Source of the DNA: an uncultured cyanobacterium
Lineage (GTDB): Bacteria > Cyanobacteriota > Cyanobacteriia > PCC-9006 > JAAUQQ01
NCBI GenBank assembly: GCA_963718615.1
Contig: OY970368.1
Span: forward strand, 448,977 to 512,976
DNA length: 64,000 nt
Direction of reading: 5' to 3'
Below, piece by piece: positions 27,025 through 36,425 of the stretch. Position 1 is the first letter of the stretch; each line of letters opens with the position of its first letter. A model generated the notes under the pieces. That model was not told the DNA's origin. It saw nothing but the letters and a program-made list of their open reading frames with translations, and searched no databases. The position numbers and the translations under genes are program-made.

Positions 27025-27395
27025 CCCAACCTCACAATTCCCCCAACACCCCAACGCCCCAAACCCTTGAGCAATGGTGTCAGGAAATCGAAAAGATTTT
27101 GCAATATTATGCTGATCTTCCCTATCGCTACGGAGAGGTTACAACGAGCGTTGTTGTTAGTGGCGATCGAAAAAACTTTCTCCTCATCAACGAAGGCTGG
27201 GAAGGCAATCGGCGAGTCTACGGCACCGTCGTCCATGCAGAAATCCGTAACGGAAAAATCTGGATTCATCACGACGGCACAGAGGAAGGCATCACCGAAG
27301 ACTTAGTCGCAGCAGGTGTCCCAAAAGATAACATTGTCCTAGCCTTTCATCCCCCCAGCGTGCGGCAACACACAGGATATGGCGCAGACAGCTAA
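27012..27395 (+). CDS. xisI: XisI family protein
   Basis: It overlaps xisH by 13 nt. Sequence: YADLPYRYGEVTTSVVVSGDRKNFLLINEGWEGNRRVYGTVVHAEIRNGKIWIHHDGTEEGITEDLVAAGVPKDNIVLAFHPP. Confidence 0.85.
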   Translation: METLAQPHNSPNTPTPQTLEQWCQEIEKILQYYADLPYRYGEVTTSVVVSGDRKNFLLINEGWEGNRRVYGTVVHAEIRNGKIWIHHDGTEEGITEDLVAAGVPKDNIVLAFHPPSVRQHTGYGADS

Positions 27396-27423
27396 AATTT
27401 GGGTTTCTACGTATCAAAGCATC

Positions 27424-27945
27424 CTATCCATTAGGCCAAAATCGCCAAGGCAACGTCATCACCAGGGGATGAAACCGATAGAGAAACCCACCAAAGGCAA
27501 GGCTTGCCATCGCCATCATCGCCAAAATTAAAAATTGCGGCCAGCCACAAATTCGCGCCATTTGTAAATCAAATCTCGCCAGCAAAATCACCCCGCCAAT
27601 CAACAACGCCTCCGCCACGATCGCCATGTGAATCAACAACAAAACGCTAAGAGAAGCGATCGCAATACTCGCCAAAAACATCCGACTATCCGACTCAAAT
27701 ACCCGCTTAAGCCAGCTTCGTCCCGCCGCAAAGGGCTGCGTAAACAACCCAATTCCAATCAGTGACAAACCATAGGCAGTCGGCCAAAAGCTCTGAGGAT
27801 AGCGTTCAAACAGCCAATAGTTGCGCCAGGGCTCTTGCCACGAAGCCCACTGCCAGCCAAAAAACACATAGGCCACAATCAGGAGCAGCAGAGACCCCAG
27901 AATGAGATGACGCACCTTTGGCAGCTCTTGCATAGCAGGCTTCAA
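27424..27945 (-). CDS. Hypothetical membrane protein
   Basis: 173-aa ORF with 4-5 hydrophobic segments. I do not recognise a family. Confidence 0.45.
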   Translation of the reverse strand: MKPAMQELPKVRHLILGSLLLLIVAYVFFGWQWASWQEPWRNYWLFERYPQSFWPTAYGLSLIGIGLFTQPFAAGRSWLKRVFESDSRMFLASIAIASLSVLLLIHMAIVAEALLIGGVILLARFDLQMARICGWPQFLILAMMAMASLAFGGFLYRFHPLVMTLPWRFWPNG

Positions 27946-27993
27946 CAGTGAGAATTAAGGATCAAAAGAAAAAGAAACAATTGCCACTAGACA

Positions 27994-28398
27994 TTATAAA
28001 TTGGTCGAAATTGCCTGCACAGGACAGGTGGGAATGCACTGTTCACAGACAATACAGCGCGATCGCGCAAAATTTAACCGCAAGGTTTCCGCATCCAAAC
28101 TCAACGCCTCCGTCGGACACACCCCCGTACAAAGACCGCAGTGAACACAAACCTCCTCATCCACCATTATCTCCTGACTGGCCAGGGACACTTGGATCTC
28201 TCGCGATCGCATCCAGCCTAGCGCCGCATCCAATTCGTCAATATCCCCCGAAAGTTCCAGCACCAGCTTCCCCACGCGATTGGGAGCCACCTGAGCCCGG
28301 ATAATATTAGCCGCCACATTGAAGTCCTTCGCCAACAAATAGGTAATCGGCATCTGAACCATACGACGGGGGAACGTCAGCATCACGCGCTTTTTCAT
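27994..28398 (-). CDS. NIL-domain 4Fe-4S ferredoxin-like protein
   Basis: The N-terminus (MKKRVMLTFPRRMVQMPITYLLAKDFNVAANIIRAQV) is NIL-like. It is followed by two clusters, CVHCGLCTGVCP and CIVCEQCIPTCP. Confidence 0.85.
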   Translation of the reverse strand: MKKRVMLTFPRRMVQMPITYLLAKDFNVAANIIRAQVAPNRVGKLVLELSGDIDELDAALGWMRSREIQVSLASQEIMVDEEVCVHCGLCTGVCPTEALSLDAETLRLNFARSRCIVCEQCIPTCPVQAISTNL

Positions 28399-28524
28399 AG
28401 AGTCCTTTCTGGGGGTCCTTTCTGGGAGGTCGTTTAGAGAGGAAAGGCTACGTTACAAGAACTTCGTTACAAGGGCTTCGCTAAACTGAGAAAAACCTAA
28501 GCGCAACATCAAAACAATAGACCC

Positions 28525-29163
28525 ATGCCTGTGGATTCTGCCTCCTCTGATTCTGTCTCCCCTGCGTCTTCCACCGCCACGCCACCCTCCGCCACGGCTG
28601 CCGCCGGCAGCAAACTGCGCAATCTGCTGATTGCCGTCAGCGCCATGGTCCTCAGCGTTCTGATTTTCATCGGGTTGCGGGTGCAAACGGCGGTGCCGAC
28701 CCTCGCGACCCTCGTAGCCCAGGCCGTCCCCCTGGAAACCGCTGTCACCAATGGTAAACCAACGCTCATTGAGTTTTACGCCGATTGGTGCACGAGCTGT
28801 CAGGCCATGGCTCCTACGGTGGCCAGCGTTGAGCAAACCTATGGCGATCGCGTCAATTTCGTCATGCTCAACGTCGACAACGACAAATGGCTACCAGAAA
28901 TCCTGGCCTACCGCGTAGACGGCATTCCCCATTTTGAGTTTCTCGATCGCCAAGCCCAGAGCATCGGAGCAACCCTGGGCGAGCAGCCCTTGCCGGTGTT
29001 AGCCGCCGATTTGGATGCCTTGCTTCAGGCTCAGGCCTTGCCCCAATCCCAGGCAGTGGGGGCCGTGTCGACGATCCAGGGCGATCGCCTCAGCACCCCA
29101 TCGAGTGGAACCCCAGGCCAAACTGATCCCCGCAGTCACGGAGCCCAAGTAAAAGCCCGATGA
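28525..29163 (+). CDS. Membrane-anchored thioredoxin-like protein (TxlA-like thiol:disulfide interchange)
   Basis: A TM anchor (LLIAVSAMVLSVLIFIGL) is followed by KPTLIEFYADWCTSCQAMAP (a WCxxC motif). Confidence 0.75.
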   Translation: MPVDSASSDSVSPASSTATPPSATAAAGSKLRNLLIAVSAMVLSVLIFIGLRVQTAVPTLATLVAQAVPLETAVTNGKPTLIEFYADWCTSCQAMAPTVASVEQTYGDRVNFVMLNVDNDKWLPEILAYRVDGIPHFEFLDRQAQSIGATLGEQPLPVLAADLDALLQAQALPQSQAVGAVSTIQGDRLSTPSSGTPGQTDPRSHGAQVKAR

Positions 29164-29179
29164 AAACCAGTCCCAATCC

Positions 29180-29629
29180 CTATCCCCGGTTTTTAATCTG
29201 CATCACCGCAATAATTTGCTCAACCATCTCCGTGGGGATTGCCAAGGCCACTTGAAGTTCGTTGAGAAACTGCTGTTCTTCCTCCGCAAAGACTCCATCC
29301 GCCAGCACCAAATCTGCGGCCACGGCAAACGCTGTTTCTCGCAGTTCCTCGGAAAGCGCCTCCTGGGCCGAGTTAAACAACGCCGCGACGCCCTCTTTCT
29401 GGAGCTTCGTCAAGAGGCGATCAAAGAGCCGCCGCATTTTGTCGTCAGAATAGTGCTCATAGAGCTTCATCCGGGACAGGATCAGGGGAATGCTTTGGGC
29501 TTCCTCTTCGGAGAGATAGCCATCGGAGGCCACTGCTGCCAAGGCGATCGCCGCAAACGTATCCGCTGCGCTTAGCGGCTCCTGGGTATTCGTCCCTTGG
29601 GAGCCTCGCATTTTGTCTAATAAACCCAT
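29180..29629 (-). CDS. TerB-like (tellurite-resistance family) protein
   Basis: The start is MGLLDKMRG. Core sequence: AAIALAAVASDGYLSEEEAQSI..TAFAVAADLVLADGVFAEEEQQFLNEL. Confidence 0.65.
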   Translation of the reverse strand: MGLLDKMRGSQGTNTQEPLSAADTFAAIALAAVASDGYLSEEEAQSIPLILSRMKLYEHYSDDKMRRLFDRLLTKLQKEGVAALFNSAQEALSEELRETAFAVAADLVLADGVFAEEEQQFLNELQVALAIPTEMVEQIIAVMQIKNRG

Positions 29630-29816
29630 GCTCTCTTGCCTCGATAACGTTCGACGTTTGCAACCGATTTGCACCCTCATGGTTGCTCAGCGCATCACGC
29701 CTGTAATAAGCCTGACTTTTCCCTTTGATAATGGCAAGGAATGTCCCGTCCTGGCGAGGCTCAACCGAACGTATAGAGACTGATTTATAATTTTCTTAAG
29801 GATCACATGAGGCAAA

Positions 29817-30197
29817 ATGGCCATGAGCGCTGGAAGATCAACCCGCCGGAAGCAAACCCCTGACGAAATGCCCAAAACCCAACCGGATACCGATAGCGCT
29901 GCAAATCCGGCAGCAGACCAGCCCACGGCAGAGACCCATCAGCCTCGGATCACCTCGCGCACAGCCCGATCGGCCTTGGCCTTGCACCAGCATCCATCCC
30001 ACAGCATGGACAATCGCCCGGTTGACCCCAGCCCCATCCAAATCAGCCATACAGTGCGCATGGCGGGTCAGCGTCCCATTGGCGTTTCCAATCACAAAAA
30101 CGGGGTCAATTTTTCCCAGTCCCCGTCGATCATGAATCGTCCCATCGCCCCGAATTCCACACCCGAAGACGATTCGCTGATTGAATATCTCGACTAA
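29817..30197 (+). CDS. Hypothetical Pro/Thr/Ser-rich protein
   Basis: 126-aa ORF only. The sequence is low complexity with no recognised family. Confidence 0.3.
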   Translation: MAMSAGRSTRRKQTPDEMPKTQPDTDSAANPAADQPTAETHQPRITSRTARSALALHQHPSHSMDNRPVDPSPIQISHTVRMAGQRPIGVSNHKNGVNFSQSPSIMNRPIAPNSTPEDDSLIEYLD

Positions 30198-30261
30198 GAA
30201 TCTTTCGACGAATATTTCGACTACGCGTATCTCAACTAAACCTTTGGATTAACGGAGCCCT

Positions 30262-30939
30262 GTGGCTGCATCGGATTCTACTCAGGTTTTGAAACAATTG
30301 CCCATTGCCGTCGGCATCCTCGGCGGTAGTCTGTTGCTTCTCAACCGTTTGCTGACCCCTACCCTGCTCAGCTCCCAGTCGCGCTCGGATGCCCTCGGGA
30401 TCATCCTCAGCGCGCTTTTAGTATTGACGGGTTTGCTCTGGCAGCAGGTGCAGCCCCAGCCCCCGGAAGCCGTAGACCTAGCGGGCTCCCAAGGATTTGA
30501 TCTGGCAGAGGATTTGCCAGCGGAGGTGCGGGCGGAGTTGGCCTGGGCTTCGAAGCTGCTGCTCACCAATACGGTGACGGGATCCGTGGTGATTTGGTAT
30601 GGCGATCGCCCCCTGCTCCGTCGCGGTATCCTGGGTCCTCAGCCCCTCAATCGGCTCGGCACCATCACCCAGCGAGTCTTGACGACGCAGAAGCCCATTT
30701 ATCTAGTCGATTTAAAGCTCTATCCGGGTCGCATTGAATTTGATTATTTACCTCACAATACCCAAGGGGTGATTTGCCAGCCCTTAGGAGAAGCTGGGGT
30801 GATGATCCTGGGCGCAAACGCGCCGCGCAGCTATACTCAGCAGGATGAAAACTGGATTGAGGCGATCGCCGAAAAGCTCTCGGTCACCCTCAGCCAGGTT
30901 GATTCAGCCGTTCCATCAGGCAGTGAGGCAAGCCCATGA
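30262..30939 (+). CDS. Membrane protein, possibly the DUF2930 / cofactor-assembly-of-complex-C (CCB) family
   Basis: GTG start. Two N-terminal TM helices (LPIAVGILGGSLLLLNRLL, LGIILSALLVLTGLLW) precede a soluble domain. The family assignment is from memory only. Confidence 0.45.
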   Translation: MAASDSTQVLKQLPIAVGILGGSLLLLNRLLTPTLLSSQSRSDALGIILSALLVLTGLLWQQVQPQPPEAVDLAGSQGFDLAEDLPAEVRAELAWASKLLLTNTVTGSVVIWYGDRPLLRRGILGPQPLNRLGTITQRVLTTQKPIYLVDLKLYPGRIEFDYLPHNTQGVICQPLGEAGVMILGANAPRSYTQQDENWIEAIAEKLSVTLSQVDSAVPSGSEASP

Positions 30940-31355
30940 ACTCCAATAATCTACGGGGAATGCAACTCCGAGGTCTCGTCGTTTGGCTCGTGGCGTTGCT
31001 ATTGCTGGTTGGCATAGGATCGATCGTGCCGAAATGGCTGGTCAACCTCATCTTTGTTTTAATTGGCCTTGCATTTTTGGCTCCGGTCGTCGGCTTCTTG
31101 GGCCTACGGTGGTGGTTACAGCGCAATCTGATCGAAGACGCTTGTCCCGTCTGCGGTGCCCCCCTGAGCGGTCTCAAAACCTTACAGATTCAATGTCCAA
31201 GCTGTGGTACCCCTCTTCAGGTCAGCAACGGTAAGCTCCAGCGCATTAATCCCCCCGGTACCATCGATGTTGATGTGGTCGATGTTTCCGCCCAGGTGAT
31301 CGAAAGTCAGATTTTAGATAGCCAGGTCGTGGATAGCCCGTTTAGCGAGGATTGA
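30936..31355 (+). CDS. Membrane protein with a zinc-ribbon motif
   Basis: 4-bp overlap with the upstream gene. Two TM helices are followed by CPVCGAPLSG..QCPSCGTPL. Confidence 0.5.
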   Translation: MNSNNLRGMQLRGLVVWLVALLLLVGIGSIVPKWLVNLIFVLIGLAFLAPVVGFLGLRWWLQRNLIEDACPVCGAPLSGLKTLQIQCPSCGTPLQVSNGKLQRINPPGTIDVDVVDVSAQVIESQILDSQVVDSPFSED

Positions 31356-31389
31356 GCGACCCGAGCAGCGACCCTTTTAAAGCTTCCGT

Positions 31390-32436
31390 TCAACGATTCA
31401 GAGAAATCAACGCTTCGGGTTTGACTACCCCTTCTTCCGTGATGATCCCAGCAATTAATGAAGCCGGGGTGACATCAAAGGCAGGGTTATAGAACTCTGT
31501 GCCCGCCGGACAAATCACTGTTTCGCCAATTTGAGCAATTTCACTGGGATCACGCTCTTCAATGGGAATTTCACGACCATCGCGAAGTGAAAAATCGACG
31601 GTTGAAAGGGGGGCTGCAACGAAAAATGGAATCTCGTGGGCCTTGGCCACCAGCGCCAAACTATAGGTCCCAATTTTATTCGCTGTATCCCCATTAGCGG
31701 CGATCCGGTCTGCTCCCACAATCACCACATCTACCAGGCCCTCCTTCATACAGTGGGCCGCCATGCCATCGGTAATGAGCGTTACCGGGATCTTTTCCTG
31801 GACACATTCCCAGGCGGTGAGCTTAGCACCCTGGAGCCGGGGCCGGGTTTCGTCAGCATAGACCCGCTCCAGGCGTCCCTCCCGCCAGGCCGAGCGCACC
31901 ACGCCGAGGGCAGTGCCATAGCCTGCGGTGGCCAAGGCTCCCGTGTTGCAGTGGGTGAGGATGCGCAATTTCTCCGGGGTTTCCGGTAAGACCGTGAGCC
32001 CCTGTTCGCCAATGCGATAGCAGGTTTGCAAATCCGACAGATGAATTTCTTGGGCCGATTGTAACAACGCGGCCTGGATCGTTTCGACTTTACCGATGGT
32101 GCTCTGGGCCACGGTCATCATGCGATCGATCGCCCAGAAAAGATTCACCGCCGTCGGTCGGGTGGCCCGTAACAGCGCTGCAATTTCTTCAAGTTTCGTC
32201 AAAAACGTAGCTCGATCACCCGTCTGAATTTCCCGTGCCCCCAAATAAACTCCGTAGGCCGCTGCCACACCAATGGCCGGAGCTCCCCGGACAATCATTC
32301 GACGGATAGCTTCAGCCATATCGCCGCTGCGCCGAATCTCAACCAAACTATATTCTCGGGGGAGGCGAGTTTGATCAATTAATAGAACGTGGTCGTCCTG
32401 CCACAGAATCGGATAGACATGGCTTACTTCAGACAT
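31390..32436 (-). CDS. mtnA: S-methyl-5-thioribose-1-phosphate isomerase
   Basis: [95 protein letters not shown]. Confidence 0.9.
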   Translation of the reverse strand: MSEVSHVYPILWQDDHVLLIDQTRLPREYSLVEIRRSGDMAEAIRRMIVRGAPAIGVAAAYGVYLGAREIQTGDRATFLTKLEEIAALLRATRPTAVNLFWAIDRMMTVAQSTIGKVETIQAALLQSAQEIHLSDLQTCYRIGEQGLTVLPETPEKLRILTHCNTGALATAGYGTALGVVRSAWREGRLERVYADETRPRLQGAKLTAWECVQEKIPVTLITDGMAAHCMKEGLVDVVIVGADRIAANGDTANKIGTYSLALVAKAHEIPFFVAAPLSTVDFSLRDGREIPIEERDPSEIAQIGETVICPAGTEFYNPAFDVTPASLIAGIITEEGVVKPEALISLNR

Positions 32437-32775
32437 TTTGGCGGCGGGGGAGGCGTCTGGCAACACGGCAGAATAACGGAATAAGAAGGATTATGAACAG
32501 TCAAAAAGCGCTTGGATACAGAAGTCAGCGGAAGTAGAACGACCCACCAAGCAGAGAACTGGACCCAACGGGCAAATGCTCTGGATTTCCTTAAGCTTTG
32601 TCTAAAATGTTCCGAGTTCGGGTCAGGATACGATTATATTATGGTGCTTAAACCGTGCCTATTTTTCGGGCATGGATATTGATCAGGGATCCGCCTGTCA
32701 ACTCATCCAAAATCATAAAAGCTTTTTTGCATCTTTTTTCGCTTTTTCTCGCCTCTTTCATTGAATTTATTTCCC

Positions 32776-34383
32776 ATGACTGCTTTGGATCCAAGCCCTC
32801 CGTTCTTTGCGGTGACGACACCGGTTTACTACGTGAATGCAGCTCCCCATGTGGGCAGCGCTTACACAACGATGGCGGTGGATGCGCTTTGCCGCTATCG
32901 GCGCTTGCGGGGTGATTCGGTCTTGATGATCACGGGGACCGATGAACATGGGCAAAAGATTCAGCGCACCGCCGAACAGCGGGGGTTGCAACCCCAGGCA
33001 CACTGCGATGAGATTGTGGCCAGTTTTCAGCAGCTTTGGCAACAGCTCAATATTCAGTACGATCGCTTCAGCCGCACGACCGCTCCCCGTCACCAGGCGA
33101 TCGTCGAAGCGTTTTACAAGCGGGTCGAAGCCAACGGCGATATTTATCTAGGGCAACAGCAAGGCTATTACTGCGTTGGCTGCGAAGAATTCAAAGAAGA
33201 GCGGGATCTACTAGAGGACCAATACTGTCCACTCCATCCCAATCAAAAGGCGGAATGGCGTGACGAAGAAAACTATTTCTTTCGACTCTCCCAATACCAG
33301 GAGAAACTAGAAGCCCTCTACGAAACCCACCCTGAGTTTATTCAGCCCGTCAGCCGCCGCAATGAGGTGCTGAGCTTTGTCAAGCAGGGGCTCCAGGATT
33401 TTTCGATCTCTCGGGTGAATTTGGACTGGGGCTTTCCGATTCCTGGCAATCCTAAACATACGTTTTATGTGTGGTTTGATGCGCTGTTGGCCTATGTGAC
33501 GGCCCTCCTTGATCCCGAGGATGAACCCACGCTGGAAAATGCCTTGGCCCGATGGTGGCCGATCAATCTCCATGTCATTGGCAAAGATATTTTGCGGTTC
33601 CATGCAGTTTATTGGCCTGCGATGGTGATGTCGGCGGGACTGCCACTGCCCGATCGCGTTTTTGCTCATGGTTTCCTGACAAAGGATGGCCGAAAAATGG
33701 GTAAAGGCGTCGGCAATACGATTGATCCTGTGGCGTTGCTGGATGAGTTTGGGGCGGATGCCGTTCGCTACTACTTCTTGAAAGAAATTGAGTTTGGTCG
33801 GGATGGGGATTTTGGCCGCACGCGGTTTATTCACACGCTCAACGCTGACTTAGCCAATGATTTGGGCAACTTAGTTAACCGCACGCTAAATATGGCCAAG
33901 CGCTATTGTAATCAAGCGGTGCCATCGGTGTCGGGCGATCGCTTCTCCCCCGACCATGAGCTCAAAACCCTGGGGATCACCCTGGGCGATCGCGCTGCCC
34001 ATGCCTACGATGCCTTGGCCTTCAGCGAAGCCTGCACAGCCGCTTTAGCCTTGGCCCAGGCGAGCAACAAATTTCTCGATCAGCAGGCTCCTTGGACCCG
34101 ATATAAGGAGGGGGATCAGCAGGCCGTCGAGGAAATTTTGTATGCCGTACTGGAGTCTGTACGGCTTGTGGCCTACGTTCTCTCGCCGATTGTCCCTCGG
34201 CTGAGTACGGCCATTTATCAACAGCTTGGGTTTGAGGGAGATTTTGATGATGCCGGGGTGGGCGATCGCTTCCCCTATGCTGACCATAACCAGTGGGGGG
34301 CGCTTCCTGCTCACCAAACTCTGCAAAACCCAACCCCCGTGTTCCCTAAAATTGAAGTTCCCGTCGAAGTTCCCGACGTGTGA
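32776..34383 (+). CDS. metG: Methionine--tRNA ligase
   Basis: FAVTTPVYYVNAAPHVGSAYTTMAVDALCRYRRLRGDSVLMITGTDEHGQKIQ (HxGx class I motif), a KMSKS-like GRKMGKGVGN, and a CxxC..CPLH zinc knuckle. Confidence 0.95.
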   Translation: MTALDPSPPFFAVTTPVYYVNAAPHVGSAYTTMAVDALCRYRRLRGDSVLMITGTDEHGQKIQRTAEQRGLQPQAHCDEIVASFQQLWQQLNIQYDRFSRTTAPRHQAIVEAFYKRVEANGDIYLGQQQGYYCVGCEEFKEERDLLEDQYCPLHPNQKAEWRDEENYFFRLSQYQEKLEALYETHPEFIQPVSRRNEVLSFVKQGLQDFSISRVNLDWGFPIPGNPKHTFYVWFDALLAYVTALLDPEDEPTLENALARWWPINLHVIGKDILRFHAVYWPAMVMSAGLPLPDRVFAHGFLTKDGRKMGKGVGNTIDPVALLDEFGADAVRYYFLKEIEFGRDGDFGRTRFIHTLNADLANDLGNLVNRTLNMAKRYCNQAVPSVSGDRFSPDHELKTLGITLGDRAAHAYDALAFSEACTAALALAQASNKFLDQQAPWTRYKEGDQQAVEEILYAVLESVRLVAYVLSPIVPRLSTAIYQQLGFEGDFDDAGVGDRFPYADHNQWGALPAHQTLQNPTPVFPKIEVPVEVPDV

Positions 34384-34604
34384 GCCCAACTCACTGGCCT
34401 TGACCTTTAAGGTTGGGGCCGGTCTGATCAACTCAGGTTCGATTTTCTTTTTAACTTTCCTTCTTCAAAGCCAAGCTTCCACCCTTTGGATGTCTAAGCT
34501 TTGACTTTTTTCAAAACCCTTAATTTCAAAACCTCTGTCTTACAAAGTACCTAACTCTTTTAGCCTTTTCATAAAAACGAGGATAAAAAACCGTGTTGCA
34601 CCCC

Positions 34605-35210
34605 ATGGAGCGGGATTCAATTTTTACGCCTGAGCAAGTTCTCGAAAACCGAGGACGGGTTGCTATTTTTATTGACGGTTCAAACTTGTTCTATGCTGCT
34701 CTCCAGCTGGGAATTGAAATTGATTACACTAAGCTGCTCAGCCGCCTAACGGGAGGCTCTCGGCTCTTGCGTTCGTTTTTCTATACGGGGGTCGATCGCA
34801 GCAACGAAAAACAGCAGGGTTTTTTGCTGTGGATGCGTCGCAATGGCTACCGCGTCATTTCTAAGGACCTGGTCCAGCTTCCCGATGGCTCCAAGAAGGC
34901 CAATTTGGATGTGGAGATTGCCGTAGACATGATGGCCTTGGTGGGATCCTATGATACAGCCGTTCTCGTGAGTGGCGACGGAGACCTGGCCTATGCCGTT
35001 GATGCGGTGAGCTATCGGGGGGTGCGGGTGGAGGTGGTCAGCCTGCGCTCGATGACCAGCGATAGCTTGATTAATGTGGCCGATCGCTATGTGGATTTGG
35101 AAAGCATCAAAGACGAAATTCAAAAAACCCCTCGCCAGGGCTATACCTATCGTCCGTTAGAAGGCTCAGAACCCACCGATAAGGGTGAGGAAAAACCGCC
35201 CCTGCCGTAG
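34605..35210 (+). CDS. NYN-domain protein (LabA/DUF88-like)
   Basis: RVAIFIDGSNLFYAALQLGIEIDYTKLL..ANLDVEIAVDMMAL..AVLVSGDGDLAYAVDAV..GVRVEVVS. Confidence 0.85.
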   Translation: MERDSIFTPEQVLENRGRVAIFIDGSNLFYAALQLGIEIDYTKLLSRLTGGSRLLRSFFYTGVDRSNEKQQGFLLWMRRNGYRVISKDLVQLPDGSKKANLDVEIAVDMMALVGSYDTAVLVSGDGDLAYAVDAVSYRGVRVEVVSLRSMTSDSLINVADRYVDLESIKDEIQKTPRQGYTYRPLEGSEPTDKGEEKPPLP

Positions 35211-35258
35211 TCCAAAGCCATCGATTACACTGGGAGGGCTCAAAATTCACCGCGTCCC

Positions 35259-36425
35259 TTGGCTCTTTTGAATCGGTTTCTCTCTGTCAGATGGGCTCGA
35301 ACCACCGGGTTTGGCCTCTTGCTGCTAGTGCTGCTCGCAGGTCAGAGCTGTTCGTGGTTGCGCCGCCCCAAGCCAGTGGCTCCCGTGGAAAGCAATCCGT
35401 CCGATGCCTTGGTGTTTGAGAATGTCTCCTTGGAGCAGGCTGACGAGGCTGGCAATTTGCTCTGGCGACTCAAGGCAACCCAGGCGACCTACAGCGAAAG
35501 CGGTAAACAGGCCAAGGTTGATCAGCCTCGGGGGAAACTCTTTCAGGGGGGTAAAGAAGTTTATGAAGTAGAAGCCAAGCAGGGGGAGGTCAACCAGGAT
35601 GGGGAGACGGTTTTTCTGCGCCAGAATGTGAGGGTTCAGGATTTACGCGATGGGGCAACGATACGGGCTGACGAAGCAGAATGGCATCCCCAGGAAGAGG
35701 TTTTGATCCTGCGCCAAAATGTGGTCGGCACAAAGGCGGATCTGGAAATTAAGGCCCAGGAGGGCACCTGGCGCAGCAAAAATAATGAAGTTCAGCTGAA
35801 AGGGGCTCCGGTTTTGGCAACGCTGGGCAAGCAGCGGCTGAAGCTACAAACGGAAAATTTGCTTTGGAAAGTGGCGGAGGAGCGGGTGGTGGGCGATCGC
35901 CCCCTAGATATCCAGCAATTTGCCGAAAAGGATCCCACTCAAATGATTCGCCGCGCCACCTCCCAATCGGGCGAAGCGTTACTGCCAACCCAAGAAGTTA
36001 TTCTGCGACAGGCGGCCCATTTGGTTTTGACCGAGCCCCCCTTAGATATTTTTGGAGATGCGATCCGCTGGCAAACGCAAAAAAATCAGGTGATGAGCGA
36101 AGCGCCGCTCAGGGTGGTCCATCGCTTGGAGAAAACGACGATTTCGGGCGATCGCGGTCAGGCGGATTTGACCAACCAAGTTGTCACCATGACCGGCAAT
36201 GTCAAGGGCATTTCGGAACTGCGCCAAGCTCGCCTGGGGGCCGATCGCCTCACCTGGAATACAGCCAGCCAGGATGTGGAAGGGACGGGGAATGTCAGCT
36301 ATGACCAGGCCGAGCCGCCGCTGTCGCTATCGGGACCGACGGCCAAGGGCAATCTCAATGATGAAACGATGGTGGTGAGCGGGGGCCAGGTGAAGACGAT
36401 TATTATTCCCGTAGATAATCCCTAG
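35259..36425 (+). CDS. LptC/OstA-like periplasmic LPS-transport family protein
   Basis: An N-terminal signal/anchor is followed by repeated beta-rich segments typical of OstA/LptC folds (LWRLKATQATYSESGKQAKVDQPRGKLFQGG..). The assignment is at family level only. Confidence 0.55.
   Translation: MALLNRFLSVRWARTTGFGLLLLVLLAGQSCSWLRRPKPVAPVESNPSDALVFENVSLEQADEAGNLLWRLKATQATYSESGKQAKVDQPRGKLFQGGKEVYEVEAKQGEVNQDGETVFLRQNVRVQDLRDGATIRADEAEWHPQEEVLILRQNVVGTKADLEIKAQEGTWRSKNNEVQLKGAPVLATLGKQRLKLQTENLLWKVAEERVVGDRPLDIQQFAEKDPTQMIRRATSQSGEALLPTQEVILRQAAHLVLTEPPLDIFGDAIRWQTQKNQVMSEAPLRVVHRLEKTTISGDRGQADLTNQVVTMTGNVKGISELRQARLGADRLTWNTASQDVEGTGNVSYDQAEPPLSLSGPTAKGNLNDETMVVSGGQVKTIIIPVDNP

Noticed and set aside
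20041-27423. Calling the accessory block a mobile genetic element or prophage remnant
   Set aside because: I found no integrase, transposase, att-like direct repeats, flanking tRNA or phage structural genes in or next to the block. Only its composition and gene content suggest flexibility.
33307-33834. 175-aa minus-strand ORF
   Set aside because: It is antisense to metG.
34395-34425. Possible terminator hairpin after metG (ggccttgacc-tttaa-ggttggggcc)
   Set aside because: The stem needs three G-U pairs, and the T-run is about 30 nt away. That is too weak to annotate.
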